The notes under the pieces: model-generated
Databases searched by the model: none
Seen by the model: only the letters and a program-made list of their open reading frames with translations
Told to the model about the DNA's origin: nothing
Made by a program: the position numbers and the translations under genes
Shown here: positions 21,361-24,000 of the stretch, one piece after another
Position numbering within the stretch: the first letter of the stretch is position 1
Layout: every line of letters starts with the position of its first letter
NCBI RefSeq assembly: GCF_000717245.1
Contig: NZ_JNYQ01000004.1
Span: forward strand, 1,144,151 to 1,168,150
DNA length: 24,000 nt
From: [Kitasatospora] papulosa
Lineage (GTDB): Bacteria > Actinomycetota > Actinomycetes > Streptomycetales > Streptomycetaceae
Reading direction: 5' to 3'

Positions 21361-22761
21361 TCAGCGGGGTCCGAGCGTCCAGCGGGGTCCGGCGGGGCTG
21401 TCCTCGATGACGAGGCCGGACTGGTTGAGCTGGTCCCGGATCGCGTCTGCGGCGGGCCAGTCCTTGCGTTCACGGGCGGACTGGCGCTGGTCGAGGACGA
21501 GTCGTACGAGGGTGTCGACGACGCCGTGCAGGTCCTCACCACGGTCGCTCTCGCCCGCCCAGTGCGGGTCGAGGGGGTCGAGTCCGAGGACGCCGAGCAT
21601 CGCGCGCACCTCGGCGAGGCGGGCGACGGCGGCTTCCTTGTCGTCGGCGGCGAGGGCGGAATTGCCCTGCCGGACGGTGGTGTGGATGATCGCGAGCGCC
21701 TGCGGGACACCGAGGTCGTCGTCCATGGCCTCGGCGAACGCGGGCGGCACCTCGGCGGCGGCCTCGACCGGCCCGCCGGCCTTCTCCACCACGCGCTGGA
21801 CGAAGCCCTCGATCCGCGCGAACGCGGATTCGGCCTCGCGCAGGGCTTCCTCGCTGTACTCGATCATCGAGCGGTAGTGCGGGGTGCCGAGGTAGTAGCG
21901 GAGGACGATCGGGCGCCACTGCTTGACCATGTCGCTGACCAGCACGGAGTTGTCCAGGGACTTCGACATCTTCTCGCCGGACAGGGTGACCCAGCCGTTG
22001 TGCACCCAGTACTTCGCGAAGTCGTCGCCGAAGGCCTTGGCCTGGGCGATCTCGTTCTCGTGGTGCGGGAAGATCAGGTCGATGCCGCCGCCGTGGATGT
22101 CGAAGGCGCTGCCGAGGTACTTGTGCGCCATCGCGGAGCACTCGAGGTGCCAGCCGGGACGGCCGCGGCCCCACGGGGTCTCCCAGCTGGGCTCGCCCGG
22201 CTTGGCGGACTTCCACATGGCGAAGTCGCGCTTGTCCCGCTTGCCGGTCTCGTTGTCGCCGGAGGGCTGGCGCAGGTCGTCGAGGTCCTGGTTGGAGAGC
22301 TCCAGGTACCCCTCGTACGAGCGGACGTCGAAGTAGACGTTGCCGTCGGCCTCGTAGGCGTGGCCGCGCTCGATGAGGCCGCGCATCATCTCGATCATCT
22401 CGGTGATGTGGCCGGTGGCACGCGGTTCGTAGGTGGGCGGGAGGCAGCCCAGGACGTCGTAGCCGTCGTTGAAGGCGCGCTCGTTCTCGTAACCGATGGA
22501 CCACCAGGGGCGGTTCTGCTCGGCCGCCTTTTTGATGATCTTGTCGTCGATGTCGGTGACATTCCGGATGAACGTCACGTCGTAGCCGCGGTATTCGAAC
22601 CAGCGGCGCATGATGTCGAAGTTCAGTCCGGACCTGATGTGCCCGATGTGCGGGGCGGCCTGGACAGTCGCGCCACAGAGGTAGATCGAGACACAGCCCG
22701 CGGTGAGCGGGACGAAGTCACGGATCTGCCGGGCGTTGGTGTCATGCAGGCGAATAGTCAC
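21361..22761 (-). CDS. cysS: Cysteine--tRNA ligase
   Basis: GTG start at 22759-22761 with TGAGGG upstream. Class I HIGH motif (APHIGHIRSG), KMSKS motif (GEKMSKSLDNS) and Cys-rich zinc site (YLCGATV, HLECS). 466 aa. Confidence 0.95.
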   Translation of the reverse strand: MTIRLHDTNARQIRDFVPLTAGCVSIYLCGATVQAAPHIGHIRSGLNFDIMRRWFEYRGYDVTFIRNVTDIDDKIIKKAAEQNRPWWSIGYENERAFNDGYDVLGCLPPTYEPRATGHITEMIEMMRGLIERGHAYEADGNVYFDVRSYEGYLELSNQDLDDLRQPSGDNETGKRDKRDFAMWKSAKPGEPSWETPWGRGRPGWHLECSAMAHKYLGSAFDIHGGGIDLIFPHHENEIAQAKAFGDDFAKYWVHNGWVTLSGEKMSKSLDNSVLVSDMVKQWRPIVLRYYLGTPHYRSMIEYSEEALREAESAFARIEGFVQRVVEKAGGPVEAAAEVPPAFAEAMDDDLGVPQALAIIHTTVRQGNSALAADDKEAAVARLAEVRAMLGVLGLDPLDPHWAGESDRGEDLHGVVDTLVRLVLDQRQSARERKDWPAADAIRDQLNQSGLVIEDSPAGPRWTLGPR

Positions 22762-22815
22762 CCCTCAAGGGTAGTGGGCCCGCACCAGTGCCCGGCGCCC
22801 CCTGTGGAAAACGTG

Positions 22816-24000
22816 TCACAACTGATCGGTGACGGTGGTCCCGGGCTCCGGCGCCCGTCGTCCCGCGGACAGGGTCAGGGCGAGTGCCGCGCCCGCCAGG
22901 GGGACCGCGGCGAGCATCCCCCACAGGACGGGTCCGGGGGTGTCGAGGAGGGTTCCGGTGGCGGCGCTGCCCACCAGGACGGCGAGCCCCGACACGGAGG
23001 ACAGGGCTCCGGTGGCGAGCCCGAGGCGGTCGTCGTCGACCAGGTCGGGCACGAGCCCCCGGGCGGCGGGGGCCAGCAGCATCTGGCCGAGCGTGAGCAG
23101 GACGACGAGCGTGGCGGCGGGGAGCAGCCCGGCGGGGCCGTCGGGCGCGAGGGGTACGGCCGTGAATCCCGCGGCGACGACGGCGAGTCCGGCGACGAGG
23201 GCGGTGCGGGGCGCGATCCGGCGTGCGGACCAGCGGGTCAGCGGCAGCTGCGCGACGACGACGAGCAGGGAGGAGAGGGCGAAGAGCGCGCCGAGCGCGC
23301 TCTGGGATCCGGTGGCCCGTTCCACCTCGGCCGGCAGGGCGAGGTAGAGCTGGTTGTAGGAGACGAGGTAACTGCTGTACGCGAGGCAGAGGGTGAGGAA
23401 GGGCCGGTTGGCGAAGACCTCCCGGGGCAGGAGGGTCCGCTTTCCGGCGGGCCGGGCGCGGCGCGGCCGGCGGGGCATGAGACGGGCGTGTCCGGCGAGT
23501 ACGCCGACGAAGACCAGGGCCCCGGCCAGGCACGCGGTGCGGAAGTCACCTCCCAGGAGCAGCAGCAGGCTGCCGACGAGGGGGCCGAGGAACGCTCCGG
23601 CCTGTCCGGCGGCGGAGAACACGGCCAGCACCTGGGCGCGTGGTGTGCCTGTCTCCCGCTCGTGGGTGACGGCGGCCCTGGCCGTCTCGGATTCGACGGC
23701 GGGTGAGAAGAGGGCGGCGGCGAAGCCGATGAGGAGGACGGCGCCGATGACGCCGGCGGTGGTTCCGGCCTGGGCGAGCCAGCAGAATCCGGCGATGCGC
23801 AGGACGCAGCCGGTGAGGACGACGGGACGGGGGCCGTAGCGGTCGGTGAGGGCTCCGCCGACGACGAAGAGGCCCTGCTGGCTGAAGGTGCGCAGCCCGA
23901 GCACGAGTCCTACGAGCCATCCCGCCATGCCGAGTCCGTCGCCGAGGTGGGTGGCGAGGTAGGGCAGGACGGCGTAGAAGCCGGTGTTGAAGGCGAACTG
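22816..24000 (-). CDS. MFS transporter; the N-terminus lies beyond the window edge
   Basis: Stop at 22816-22818. Multiple hydrophobic helices and an MFS loop motif (GALTDRYGPRPV). The frame stays open upstream of the ATG at 23928, reading QFAFNTGFYAVLPYLATHLGDGLG to the end of the window. Confidence 0.8.
   Translation of the reverse strand, partial: QFAFNTGFYAVLPYLATHLGDGLGMAGWLVGLVLGLRTFSQQGLFVVGGALTDRYGPRPVVLTGCVLRIAGFCWLAQAGTTAGVIGAVLLIGFAAALFSPAVESETARAAVTHERETGTPRAQVLAVFSAAGQAGAFLGPLVGSLLLLLGGDFRTACLAGALVFVGVLAGHARLMPRRPRRARPAGKRTLLPREVFANRPFLTLCLAYSSYLVSYNQLYLALPAEVERATGSQSALGALFALSSLLVVVAQLPLTRWSARRIAPRTALVAGLAVVAAGFTAVPLAPDGPAGLLPAATLVVLLTLGQMLLAPAARGLVPDLVDDDRLGLATGALSSVSGLAVLVGSAATGTLLDTPGPVLWGMLAAVPLAGAALALTLSAGRRAPEPGTTVTDQL

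Noticed and set aside
20494-23706. A 1070-aa open reading frame on the plus strand
   Set aside because: It runs antisense across three independently well-supported minus-strand genes (rlmB, cysS, MFS) and their intergenic gaps. Its product is Gly/Arg/Ala/Asp/Val-rich, which is typical of shadow frames, and it has no recognisable motif. Long stop-free antisense frames are expected at this GC content.

Overview
Very GC-rich window with strong third-position GC bias and Streptomyces-type gene content. I support 21 protein-coding ORFs, which is 20 loci if the two nuclease ORFs are one interrupted gene, plus one tRNA. From left to right they are: (1) the 3' part of a secreted M4 thermolysin-like metalloprotease. 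(2) An hbpS-senS-senR-like module, in which a secreted GlcG/HbpS haem-binding protein gene lies divergent from a five-helix NarL-type histidine kinase and response regulator; the shared promoter region holds an array of 13/26-bp direct repeats. (3) A hypothetical protein, a pentapeptide-repeat protein and an FAD/NAD(P) oxidoreductase. (4) An APH(6)-like kinase plus GNAT acetyltransferase operon, divergent from a DAO-type FAD oxidoreductase. (5) An apparent accessory islet at about 9966-15560. (6) Conserved genes: msiK, a small membrane-anchored protein, a sugar-nucleotidyltransferase, a DoxX-like membrane protein, rlmB, cysS and a 5'-truncated MFS transporter. The islet holds a signal-peptide-bearing TNT/NADase-like toxin followed by a small acidic ORF. 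It also holds a 696-codon frame encoding coiled coil + unknown domain + Mrr_cat nuclease + TerD-fold, broken by one in-frame TAG. Next come a tRNA-Thr(UGU) with a mispaired anticodon stem and a tnpA-less TnpB element with an intact RuvC triad. The most interesting candidate for an undescribed system is the tRNA-adjacent coiled-coil/Mrr/TerD fusion, followed by the TNT toxin with its putative immunity pair. No CRISPR array, rRNA or integrase was seen. All family assignments come from motif recognition by eye, not from database searches.
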